From positions 1 through 32,673 of the forward strand of contig CAXHJY010000536.1 of NCBI GenBank assembly GCA_964016885.1: a stretch of DNA of 32,673 bases, in the 5' to 3' direction. This stretch comes from Eledone cirrhosa (Eukaryota). The notes beneath the pieces were generated by a model. The model was not told the origin of the DNA, ran no database searches, and worked only from the letters and a program-made list of their open reading frames with translations. Position 1 is the first letter of the stretch. Each line of letters starts with the position of its first letter. Positions 13,249-24,170 of the stretch are shown here, one piece after another. The translations under genes and the position numbers were made by a program.

Positions 13249-13320
13249 TTCTTCCTTTTGTTCATTCTCTACTTCAATTTCAAGGAAGTCGACATTTGGA
13301 GGATCTTTGTTCCAATCTTT
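13249..13320 (-). CDS. CACNA2D: Exon of alpha-2/delta subunit-like gene (KDWNKDPPNVDFLEIEVENEQKEE), directly upstream of the 12253-12324 exon
   Basis: Acceptor ttctcttaatAG and donor GTaaat; 72 nt, phase 0; resembles [24 protein letters not shown], which directly precedes the other matched segment in CACNA2D1; joins in frame over a 924-nt intron. Confidence 0.85.
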
Positions 13321-13574
13321 CTATTAAGAGAATAAAAATGTACAATTATATTTTTCAATCAGTTCATAATAAATTCATAGATATTTCAAATGATATTTTT
13401 TTTTTTCCATTATTTGAATATACATCTTACACACACACACATACACACATATATAACCTCTGTTGGTATAGCTTGGGTATCCAGCCAGATCATTTGGTGA
13501 TAGTTGCTTCTGTTATGATCATATGGAAAGCATGTGTGAGGATGCTGACACTTATGATCCTCTTAAAAATAAGT

Positions 13575-13710
13575 GGATAGCAAAGAGTTTCTCCTTCTTA
13601 GTGAAAGACAGATTGTATGATGTTTGTGTGTAAATAGCAATTCAGTATGACAGTAACATGCATTACTACAGAAGACCCAGCTGTGCATAAATGAAGGATG
13701 AAATGAGTAT
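13575..13710 (+). mobile_element. Old degraded RTE fragment
   Basis: AKSFSFLVKDRLYDVCV*IAIQY aligns with KGFSLKMKGRLYDACIRTAMLH of the younger copies. Confidence 0.6.
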
Positions 13711-13911
13711 GTAGGTGATAATAGGGAAAAAGCAGAGAAGTGAGACAAAATTTAGATCTGCCAGTATGCATCATTCTTCCTTGTATACTTTTATCCATCT
13801 TAAAATGACCCCATACTTCATTTCTTTTTAGCTACCTCAAATCTTTTGTAGCATAGCAGTTTGAATACAAGTATCATATAAACTACCCCTACCCTTTCTC
13901 ATATATATATA

Positions 13912-14525
13912 TATATCAACTAGAAATTGATTGAGATATATATCTAAAATAAACATATGAAACAATCACAGAGGATAATTTGTAAAGTGTGTAAGTACAC
14001 ACAGCTAAGTAGGTAACTGAGCATATTCTACAGTGGATATGGCGCATGTCTCTCGGACATGACACCCGTAATTTAATTTTGGATATATATACGGCCCCTT
14101 AATTGTAGAGCTAACTCAGTTGAAAGGACTTGGCTGCTATTTCTAGCTGTCGATAATCCTATTCACGCCACTGGGATGACGCTGGTACGATATGTGTATT
14201 TTTTAAAAAATGCAACACGTGCTATGGGTTATTTGCAGATTTGCATTTGCTGTGTAAACACAGATAGTTAAATCTTCTCCCTTATTGAAAATCCGGTATT
14301 TGACTACTGTGATTTACCGATTGATGGCGAAATATATTTCTTTAATGAAATATATACAAGGAAGATTAATCATTTTAAAAGGTATCTATATTTGAAGTTC
14401 TAGTTAAACATTAATTAGTTAACTACCTAGCTGTGTGTACTTACCCACTTTACAAATTATCCCCTGTGATTGTTTCATATGTTTATTTTAGATATATATA
14501 TGTCAATCAATTTCTAGTTGATATA
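13912..14525. repeat. Inverted repeat, ~108-bp arms (13912-14020 and 14417-14525), TA-flanked
   Basis: tatatcaactagaaattgattgag...cacacagctaagtagg versus ctagctgtgtgtac...caatcaatttctagttgatata. Confidence 0.85.
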
Positions 14526-14570
14526 AAATGCTCGGATCTATTCATTGGAATCTTTGAGCATATTCTACAT

Positions 14571-14609
14571 ATTAAGGGTGTCATGTCTCTCGGACATGAC
14601 ACCCTTAAT
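14571..14609. other. Perfect 17-bp hairpin within a ~60-bp segment also present, degraded, at 14019-14080
   Basis: attaagggtgtcatgtc-tctcg-gacatgacacccttaat. Confidence 0.85.
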
Positions 14610-14614
14610 TTAAT

Positions 14615-14649
<35 letters not shown>

Positions 14650-14688
14650 TTGAAAAGGGCAGGGTGAAGTTCTATACAAAACAAAGGT

Positions 14689-15056
14689 TATAGTTAAAAA
14701 ATGAAGGTGAAAATGCACAGAAGTATATTTAAGGATTATTTTTTCTTTAATTCAACAGAATGAATAATTTTATAATTGTTGCAGTAAATATAACTGGTTT
14801 CGATTAGTATAACAATCTTATCAAATATTATATATTAAATATCTAAAAAAATGTATTTTTCATGGATTTTATTGCTCACACAATACATGAAACAAACATT
14901 TAAAAAAATATTTAATATCATTTGATAAGATTGTTATATCAATCAAAACTGGTTATTTTTAATGCAACAATTATAAAATTATTCATTCTGTTGAATTAAA
15001 AAAAAAAAATCTTTAAATATACTTCTGTGCATTTTTACCTTCACTTTTTAACTATA
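14689..15056. repeat. Fold-back element with ~155-180 bp inverted arms, each with a U3-A8 HHR-like motif
   Basis: tatagttaaaaaatgaaggtgaaaatgcacagaagtatatttaa... versus ...ttaaatatacttctgtgcatttttaccttcactttttaactata. Confidence 0.9.
14787..14829 (-). ncRNA. Minimal hammerhead variant with U3/A8 core (family D); mirrored degraded copy at ~14915-14957 (+)
   Basis: Minus strand: aatat-TTGATAA-gatt/gttatact/aatc-GAAA-ccag-TT-atatt. The other arm has ctgg, implying an ancestral palindromic ccgg. Confidence 0.6.
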
Positions 15057-15571
15057 TATATATATGTGTGTGTGCGTGTGTGTGTATTACAAGGAATGGA
15101 CCTCCATCTATTTCAACCAAGAAGATTCCAATTTGGTGTTCATGCCAATCCTCATCTAAGGACATGAATCTTGAGTATTAACTTAAAGAATACAATTGCA
15201 AATACAAATGGCTGAAAAGGGGGTTCCTTCAAAGGGTCTTGGAAGTAACTTTCCTCAGTAGGGTGCATAGATAGGATATTAGGGAGTTGCTTCAAGTAGA
15301 GACGCTACTTCTCTGGACTGAGAGATCACATACCTATTACTGTGGATATATAGTTAAAATGTCTAAGGAAAATTGCCGAAGAGATTCTATGGGCAAAGTC
15401 AACTGGTAAGAGATAAAGAGGTAGAGCATGAGCATGATGGCTGGATAACATCCATAAACTTAGTTGATGTTATTTAGTGATGGTTACTTCTGATAGGATC
15501 CACAGGAAGGTGTGTCTGAGGACTCTGTCCCCCACAGCCCTCTCAAGAAGAAGAAATATTCCAATTGTGCC

Positions 15572-15832
15572 AACAACAGAACAGTCGACTCATGAAATTA
15601 ACATGTAAGTGGCTAAGCATTCCACTAACATGTGTATCTTTAATGTAATTTTCAGGGAAATTCAGCATGACATAGTGTGTGGCAAGGCTGCTAATCTGAA
15701 TTATAAGTACAGTCCATCCAACTAGCTTTCATAGTTTCCATCTACCCAATTCACTCATAAGTCATCAATTAACCCAAGATAAGGGTAAATGACACTTGCC
15801 CAAGATGCCATGCAGTAGGATAAAACCTGGGA
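15572..15832. mobile_element. Degraded SINE-like fragments
   Basis: gacacttgcccaagatgccatgcagtaggataaaacc resembles a reverse-oriented tRNA-SINE head with B box; family recognition from memory only. Confidence 0.5.
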
Positions 15833-15896
15833 ACTAATGAGTGAAGTGAAATGTATATTAATTCACTAATGAGTGAAGTGAAATGTATATTAATTC
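15833..15896. repeat. Perfect 32-bp tandem duplication
   Basis: actaatgagtgaagtgaaatgtatattaattc twice. Confidence 0.95.
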
Positions 15897-16174
15897 ATAT
15901 ATACATTAAAGAAGAAGTAAAAATGAGTAAGCTATTATCAAAGAAGTTATTATTGTAGTTATATGGCAAAGTTGCTAAAGTCAGTCTTAAGTTATATTAA
16001 AAGGTTATATTAGATGGTGGGCAGCGGTAGACCATTGTACTGTATTACAAACAATGTTTCATGGGTAAATAGCTGTCTGGCATTGTGGTTGAATAGGCTA
16101 GAGTCAGACAAATATATTACACAGGAAAGAAGGACATGGAGCTTGCAAAAAATTATATATATATGTATATATAC

Positions 16175-16290
<116 letters not shown>

Positions 16291-16390
16291 GTATATATAT
16301 ATAGATAGTATTAGCAATTGGAAAGACCAACTGAAACATTGTTTCCTCGGTCCGATTTGACGAAAGTCGATCGTTCCTATATATATATAT

Positions 16391-17303
16391 GGTGCGGACG
16401 ATATTTGTTCGCAATTTTCAACTGCTAATTTTATGCAAATTCTTTTTACTTCCGTTGTCACTCTTGTCTTCATAAAAACAGTGACTATATTTCCATTATT
16501 TATTTTCAGAATAATTGATTATGAATAATTTTGAACCTCCAAATTTGATGAAGAGACACGGAGTTCTTCTTGGAATCCGCGCCGGGAGGACAAATAAGGA
16601 AATTTCAGACGTTCTCAGCGTCAGCAGGAGAATGGTGGAAAAGGCCAGAAAGGAATTGGAAGATTCAGGATTCGACTACGAAGCAACATCAGAGACGAAA
16701 AAACATCAGAGACGAAAACACATGATCAACGATCTGACGCCTTCAGAACGCCCGAGTTCGTCGCTGAAGTTCAGGATATCATCAACAATGAACCTAGCAA
16801 ATCGATGCGTGCCATTGCGAGGGAGAAAGGTGTGGATGAAAAGCTCATTAGGCTGCAGGTAGGCCGTATGTGTGGCAGCAAGACTCAGCGCCCTGCCATA
16901 CCAGCCGAAAGATCCAAGCCTGGCTGTCAGAGAACTTCGTCGACTACACTTCACCTGACATCTGGCCTCCCAGCTCGCCTGACTGCAACCCCCTCGACTT
17001 CTTTGTGTGGGGCGCAGTGGAACGAAACACCAACAGATCTAGCTGCAATACGAAAGACGATCTGAAGGCCAGGATCACAAGTTCCTTTAGGGGCCTAAGT
17101 CGGGGGACAGTGACGAAGGCCTGTAGCCGGTTCTGAGGCCGCCTTGAGGCCGTCATCAAAGCCAATGGCGGGTTTATCGAGTGAAATCGAAAGAACAAGT
17201 CATGAAGACAAACTGACCCAAGTTTGATGAATATATGTTAAAAAATAAAACTACTGTTAATTTTTCCTAGACAGTAATCTTGCGAACAAATATCATCCGC
17301 ATC
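16391..17303 (+). mobile_element. Tc1/mariner DD37D (maT-type) transposon, internally deleted pseudogene with TIRs
   Basis: TIRs ggtgcggacgatatttgttcgcaa / ttgcgaacaaatatcatccgcatc; HTH region 16515-16860; QQDSAPCH...WPPSSPDCNPLD with 37 residues between the 2nd and 3rd Asp; first-Asp region missing. Confidence 0.9.
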
Positions 17304-18030
17304 TAATAAGCTTGAAACTAGTTCATCGTTCCTTTGTCAGTGTTGAACAAAAGGGCGATTATGGTTTCCAAACACTGTACGGCTTAATTCGGGCTGCCTG
17401 TTTACAAACAAACCGAACATTATAATAAATGTTCGGTAAACCCATACGTACATATATGTATGTGTGCATGTATGTATATATATATATATATAAACATACT
17501 ACTGTACATCTGTATACATATATGTATGTACGTATACATACTTATATTTAAGTATCAGCCGTACTAAGAGTGAAAAATGAAATTTAATTTCATTCTTTTC
17601 CATTTATAGTTTTCGGTACGCCCGGCCGACTAACTCACTCGATATGCAAATTAGGCTGCTCAGCCGTTCATATGCATAAGGAAAGTATATACTTTCAAAC
17701 GTTCAAACATCTGACAGGAAGGATACAATGCTGGCGATAGCTAATAAGCTTGAAACTAGTTCATCGTTCCTTTGTCAGTGTTGAACAAAAGGGCGACGAT
17801 GGTTGCTGAACACTGTTTGGGCTGTTTGTTTACAAACAAACCGAACATTATAATAAATGTTCGGTAAAACAATACGTATATATATATATATGTGTGTGCA
17901 TGTATGTATATATATACATACTACTGTACGTCTGAATACATATATGTATGTACGTATACATACTTATATTTAAGTATCAGCCGTACTAAGAATGAGAAAT
18001 GAAATTTCATTTCATTCTTTTACATTTATA
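17303..18030 (+). repeat. Tandem repeat with 438-bp period (~1.7 units) and an HHR at the unit junction; retrozyme or pLTR-like
   Basis: ctaataagcttgaaactagttcatcgttcctttgtcagtgttgaac starts at 17303 and 17741; similarity continues ~290 bp. Confidence 0.88.
17701..17786 (+). ncRNA. Type I hammerhead-like motif with long bulged stem I and palindromic stem III (family E)
   Basis: gttcaa..ctgaca..aagga.acaatg-CTGGCGA-t-agct/aata/agct-t-GAAA-ctag-TT-catcgttcctt-tgtcag-tg-ttgaac; core has A6G. Confidence 0.7.
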
Positions 18031-18040
18031 TTTGCATATA

Positions 18041-18127
18041 TATTTGCTATACGGTTCTTATATATTTGATATATAATTATCCTTATCGAACCTTCTTTGG
18101 ATTTTAGTCTTCAAATTTATTATTATT

Positions 18128-18129
<2 letters not shown>
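18041..18129 (+). repeat. Copy of the ~90-bp PLE terminal segment
   Basis: Matches 20256-20340, 23581-23670 and 30722-30800. Confidence 0.88.
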
Positions 18130-18200
<71 letters not shown>

Positions 18201-18242
18201 ATATATGTGTGTGTGTGTGTGTGTGTATATATATACATATTT

Positions 18243-18832
18243 ATTTATTAAAATAACAGATTAAAGTTTAAGCAAAGAATCGATGCTTTTATCCTTAACG
18301 GGATCTTCTGAAACTAACAAAGTCAATCTGTGAACGCAGAAGTGAATATTTCAAAAAACGTTGCAAACGGAGGAAGACAAGAAGACGATACTTTGGTTCA
18401 TGGAAACGTTCCCTGGCAAAGAACGGGAAAAAACGAATATAATACGTCATTATTTGGAGCGGTGAAAAACAATTACACGCAAAGAATAAACCACGTTTAT
18501 GGTAAAAAAGAAGTCGTAGACTAATATTCTCTTAGGTGGTTCATAGAGACGTTCTCTGGCAATGAACGGATAAAACGAAGATAATACGTCATATGTGGAA
18601 CGTGGAGAACAATTGCACGCAAACACAAAACCACGTAAATGGTATAACTGAAGTCGTAGACTAAAATTCTAACTAGGAAACCGAATGATTCTCGGCTTCA
18701 GAGTTAAGAATAAAGTAAATAAAATACAGAGGTAATTGAAATTAAATAAATACATACACGCATCCATATACGTACATACACAAGCATACGCGAAAAGACT
18801 CGCCATAGGTATACAAATACACGCACATATAA

Positions 18833-18868
<36 letters not shown>

Positions 18869-20254
18869 ATACAAATAATTAAATAAACGTATATAAATAA
18901 ATAAATACGTATATAACAAGCGCACACACATACCTACATGTAAATACACATATGTTCGGAGACGTACGTCAACCAAAACACGAAGTACGCATATACACAC
19001 ACCCTACATACGTACGAACCCGCATACTCACACAGACGCAAAACTCACGTATACACATAACCAAAAGCATATGTACCAGAATATATAAAATATACGCCAT
19101 AACATATACAATCAAATATACGTAAGAGAAAGTATACGTCCCTTCACAAAACATACAGGTAATATATACTTACCTATGCAAATAAGTAATGGTATAAACA
19201 TAACATATACTTAGCTACCACATCAAGACGTAAAATATCCGCGTATAGATCGTATTATCCGTTAGGGTATAATGTGGGGCTGTAATACAGGAAAGTTTCG
19301 TGCAATTTATGTTTACAAGCCGAAATTGCCTCAGATTTTTTGTTTAAGATGTGGTCTGTGGCGTAGAGTATTTCCAGGGAATCAGCGGCGCAGAGGTCAC
19401 ATGGTCTTTTATTTCCGTTATACGATCTAGCTCCCGCTAGGATCTCCCAGTGTAACTTATATTGGGTGTGGTTGTCTTTTAGATTCCAGATATAAGCTGA
19501 AAGTGACGTCATATTCCTTCTTAGAGGGTAACGAAAAGAATGGGTATGCATGTAAAGACGCTGCTTGAATCTATTGGCGGTTAACCCTATGTAGGCCCTA
19601 CGGGACGTGGGTGTTTCAACCTTACATTTGTAGACAATGTTACTAGAGAGGCATTTCCCGGATAGGGGGCAATCAACCCGATTCCTACAATTACAGTTAG
19701 TACTAACTACAGGGTTGCACGTGTTCCTACGGCTAGGTAGTTTAGCTAAATTTGAAGCTGTGATGTTATGTGCAAGGTTAGGAGTCGTAGAGTAAGAAAT
19801 TTTAAGAGTATTTCTATTAAAAATTTTACTATATTTATGTGTAGGCGGAAAATGCTTCGTAATAAGGGAAAAGATCTTAGCTAATGGTGTGGCCACCTCC
19901 ATATTATATGGTGGGTTATACCATATAATGCGTCGGGATCTATTTCTTCTAGGTCTATTCTCGTACTCTGTATATGCTACCTTATCGACAAATCCACTCC
20001 GAGCAAGTGCTTCATTGTAATATGTGGAATGGTCGTTTAAAATATGCTCGTTAGTAGATAGACGGGAAAGCCTCAAAAGAAACATTTCTTACCAAGTCCT
20101 TGGTTATGCTGGCAGGATGGTTAGAATGCTTACTTATGTAATTAAGCGTATCATTCGGCTTTCTATACGGGTAATACAAGCCATTCGATAAATTGAGGGT
20201 AACGTCGAGGTAATTAACGACCGAGAGGTTAGCCTCAACCTGTATAGAGTGGTT
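18243..20254 (-). mobile_element. Inverted 5'-truncated copy of the PLE (RT thumb, GIY-YIG endonuclease, 3' UTR, pLTR)
   Basis: Reverse complement of ~21508-23582; ORF 19255-20085 has CNC..CPL..KCL, VYKC, YIG, CDLC, LNKK..CKH. Confidence 0.95.
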
Positions 20255-20382
20255 ACTCTACGGTTCTTATATATTTGATATATATTTATCCTTATCGAGC
20301 CCTCTTTGGATTTTAGTCTTCAAATTTATTATTATTACTATTTGGCTCCCTCGGTTGAGCACTCTATTGGCTTATATTCATC

Positions 20383-22512
20383 ATGCAGAAATAACATCTG
20401 AATATTTCTACAAAGAACATACCCGTACCAAGCAGGAAAACATACCTAAACCTCCTGATACAGAAAACGGACGCGTTCATTAAAAGGTTGCGTTGGCGTG
20501 CCTTTTATTTCGATAATCAGCGAAAAGCAGACAACAAACAGGATAAATTTGGGTTTAAAACCTATAATAACCCTCCGTGTAACCCAGCATTGCTACCCTT
20601 CGAAAATGATGTCTTGGAACTCATACGGAGTATCAAATTTCGGAATAGGAGCAATTCCTTCCAGCAGGACCTGAAGAATAGAATTCGTTCTATTAAGGAT
20701 TCTAATGCCGTGCACCTCCATTCCGACAAAACTGGCAACCTATATCAAGTGGGGCGCAGTACTTACCATCAGCTACTACATAATGCTGTAACTAAGGATT
20801 ACCGTAAAACTAATCGGTGCGTCATTAATGAAATTAACGATGCTGGGTTTAAAATCACATCTGACTCAACATCCTGGACCGGACCGAACCTCTGGATCCT
20901 ATTTCTCCCCACTTTACCCTGAAGGATCACAAATCCAATTTTCTGAACAACCCCTCTATTCGGCTTATTAACCCTACGAAGTCCGATTTAGGTAGACTTA
21001 GTAAAAGGATTCTTGATAGAATTATACCTGAAATTAGAAGTTTGGCCCCTCTTGCACTGTGGAACAATTCTTTCACGGTGATTGATTGGTTCAACGGCAT
21101 ATGCAACAAGGAACATTGCCGTTTTATCCAATTCGACATCAATAATTACTACTCCGTCATCACTTTACCACTTCTCCTTAGAGCTATCAATTTCGCTAAA
21201 ACACTCACAGTGGTTAAGGATTTCCAAGTTAATGTCATCCTGAATGCCCGTAAGGCGGTGATTAATTTCGACGACTCTATTTGGATTAAAAAATCTAATA
21301 GTACCCCATTCGACGTGAGTATGGGCGCCAGCGATTCTGCGGAGGTTACTGATCTTATCGGACTTTTCCTTCTTTTCTCTATCAAGGACGAATTCCCCAT
21401 CGTGGGCGGTGGTTTGCACCGTGATGATGGTCTTTTGACCATGACTAAGTGCGGCCAACGTGCTTGCGACAGGTTCAGAAAAGAACTCAGCCTTCTTTAA
21501 AGGCTTCAACCTCTCTATACAGGTTGAGGCCAACCTCTCGGTCGTTATTTACCTCGACCTTACCCTCAATTTATCGAATGGCTTGTATTACCCGTATAGA
21601 AAGCCGAATGATACGCTTAATTACATAAGTAAGCATTCTAACCATCCTGCCAGCATAACCAAGAACCTGGTAAGAAATGTTTCTTTGAGGCTTTCCCGTC
21701 TATCTACTAACGAGCATATTTTCAACGACCATTCCACATATTACAATGAAGCTCTTGCTCGGAGTGGATTTGTCGATAAGGTAGCATATACAGAGTACGA
21801 GAATAGACCTAGAAGAAATAGATCCCGACGCATTATATGGTATAACCCACCATATAATATGGAGGTAGCCACACCATTAGCTAAGATCTTTCTATCCCTT
21901 ATTACGAAGCATTTTCCGCCTACACATAAATATAGTAAAATTTTTAATAGAAATACTCTTAAAATTTCTTACTCTACGACTCCTAACCTTGCACATAACA
22001 TCACAGCTTCAAATTTAGCTAAACTACCTAGCCGTAGGAACACGTGCAACCCTGTAGTTAGTACTACCTGTAATTGTAGGAATCGGGTTGATTGCCCCCT
22101 ATCCGAGAAATGCCTCTCTAGTAACATTGTCTACAAATGTAAGGTTGAAACACCCACGTCCCGTAGGGCCTACATAGGGTTAACTGCCAATAGATTCAAG
22201 CAGCGTCTTTACATGCATACCCATTCTTTTCGTTACCCTCTAAGAAGGAATATGACGTCACTTTCAGCTTATATCTGGAGTCTAAAGACAACCACACCCA
22301 ATATAAGTTACACTGGGAGATCCTAGCGGGAGCTAGATCGTATAACGGAAATAAAAGACCATGTGACCGACCTCTGCGCCGCTGAGGCCCTGGAAATACT
22401 CTACGCCACAGACCACATCTTAAACAAAAAATCTGAGGCAATTTCGGCTTGTAAACATAAATTGCACAAAACTTTCCTGTATTACAGCCCCACATTATAC
22501 CCTAACGGATAA
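20383..22512 (+). pseudogene. PLE reverse transcriptase / GIY-YIG endonuclease ORF (~710 aa), disrupted by an early stop and several frameshifts
   Basis: STKNIPVP...KRLRWRAFYF; SDKT; IRLINPTKSDLG; QFDINNYY; FDVSMGASDSAEV; GLHRDDG; PYRKPN; WYNPPY; YIGLT; ORF pieces 20488, 21042 and 21460 lie in different frames. Confidence 0.92.
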
Positions 22513-22902
22513 TACGATCTATACGCGGATATTTTACGTCTTGATGTGGTAGCTAAGTATATGTTATGTTTATACCTTACTTATTTGCATAGGTAAGTAT
22601 ATATTACCTGTATGTTTTGTGAAGGGACGTATACTTTCTCTTACGTATATTTGATTGTATATGTTATGGCGTATATTTTATATATTCTGGTACATATGCT
22701 TTTGGTTATGTGTATACGTGAGTTTTGCGTCTGTGTGAGTATGTGGGTTCGTACGTATGTAGGGTGTGTGTATATGCGTACTTCGTGTTTTGGTTGACGT
22801 ACGTCTCCGAACATATGTGTATTTACATGTAGGTATGTGTGTGCGCTTGTTATATACGTATTTATTTATTTATATACGTTTATTTAATTATTTGTATACA
22901 CG

Positions 22903-22910
<8 letters not shown>

Positions 22911-22990
<80 letters not shown>
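22911..22990. repeat. (CA)n microsatellite in the PLE 3' UTR
   Basis: About 40 units here versus about 13 in the inverted copy. Confidence 0.95.
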
Positions 22991-22991
<1 letters not shown>

Positions 22992-23492
22992 TTATATGTG
23001 CGTGTATTTGTATACCTATGGCGAGTCTTTTCGCGTATGCTTGTGTATGTACGTATATGGATGCGTGTATGTATTTATTTAATTTCAATTACCTCTGTAT
23101 TTTATTTACTTTATTCTTAACTCTGAAGCCGAGAATCATTCGGTTTCCTAGTTAGAATTTTAGTCTACGACTTCATTTATACTATTTACGTGGTTTTGTG
23201 TTTGCGTGCAATTGTTCTCCACGTTCCACATATGACGTATTATCTTCGTTTTATCCGTTCATTGCCAGAGAACGTCTCTATGAACCACCTAAGAGAATAT
23301 TATTATACGACTTCTTTTATACCATAAACGTGGTTTTGTCTTTGCGTGTAATTGTTTTTCACCGCTCCAAATAATGACGTATTATATTCGTTTTTCCCCG
23401 TTCTTTGCCAGGGAACGTTTCCATGAACCAAAGTATCGTCTTCCTGTCTTCCTCCGGTTGCAACGTTTTTTGAAATATTCACTTCTGCGTTC

Positions 23493-23568
23493 ACAGATTG
23501 ACTTTGTTAGTTTCAGAAGATCCCGTTAAGGGTGAAAGCAGCGATTCTTTGCTTAAACTTTAATCTGT
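23493..23568 (+). ncRNA. PLE-associated type I hammerhead variant with A4 core (family F); inverted copy at 18256-18331, partial copy from 30656
   Basis: acagattga..agttt-CAGAAGA-tccc/gttaa/gggt-GAAA-gcag/cgattct/ttgc-TT-aaact-ttaatctgt; followed by AATAAA at 23575-80. Confidence 0.7.
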
Positions 23569-23957
23569 TATTTTAATAAATATTTGCTCTACGGTTCTTA
23601 TATATTTGATATATATTTATCCTTATCGAGCCCTCTTTGGATTTTAGTCTACAAATTTATTATTATTACTATATATATATATGTGTGTGTGTTTGTGTGT
23701 GTGTGTATATATATATATATGTGTGTGTGTATATATATATGTATATATATATATATAAGTAGAAGAGATATTTAATTTGTTGTAAATTCAACAAATATAA
23801 ATGTTTATAACTGATTCAGAGCACTCGCCAGATTCTGAAGTAAATATTAAATAAATGGAAACTATATTTATAAAACCATATTTAATTATATCCAAGGAAA
23901 ATTCAACTGATAAGGTATGTTTCCTTGGCTATGTCAAAATTTATAAAACACACTTTG

Positions 23958-24019
23958 TATTTTATCTGATGAAAGCGTACCAAAGTTTTTGGTACCCTTG
24001 AAATATATATAATTGAATA
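23958..24019 (+). ncRNA. Minimal hammerhead motif (family A, second copy) inside inverted repeat 23844-24058
   Basis: tattttat-CTGATGA-aagcgtaccaaa/gtt/tttggtaccctt-GAAA-tatata-TA-attgaata. Confidence 0.65.
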
Positions 24020-24118
24020 AATATGGTTTTATAAATATTGTTTCCATTTATTTAATATCATTGTATATATATATATATATATCATCATCATTATTTTACA
24101 TCCGCTTTTCCCTGCATG

Positions 24119-24170
<52 letters not shown>

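Larger units (their letters stand above)
20256..23670 (+). mobile_element. Near full-length Penelope-like retroelement, probably Naiad clade
   Basis: RT plus C-terminal GIY-YIG endonuclease, long 3' UTR, terminal direct repeat of ~90 bp, HHR near the 3' end. Confidence 0.93.

Noticed and set aside
12743-13580. Plus-strand ORFs of 125 and 120 aa
   Set aside because: They contain microsatellite translations, show no recognisable motif, and one is antisense to a real exon.
16340-16380. TTGACGA/GAAA hammerhead-like words
   Set aside because: Cannot be folded into a three-way junction.
20383-23580. Selenocysteine recoding or SECIS, reported for some Naiad PLEs
   Set aside because: Cys positions in the endonuclease use normal codons, the disruptions are TAA and frameshifts, and the ATGA motifs in the UTR lack a SECIS layout.
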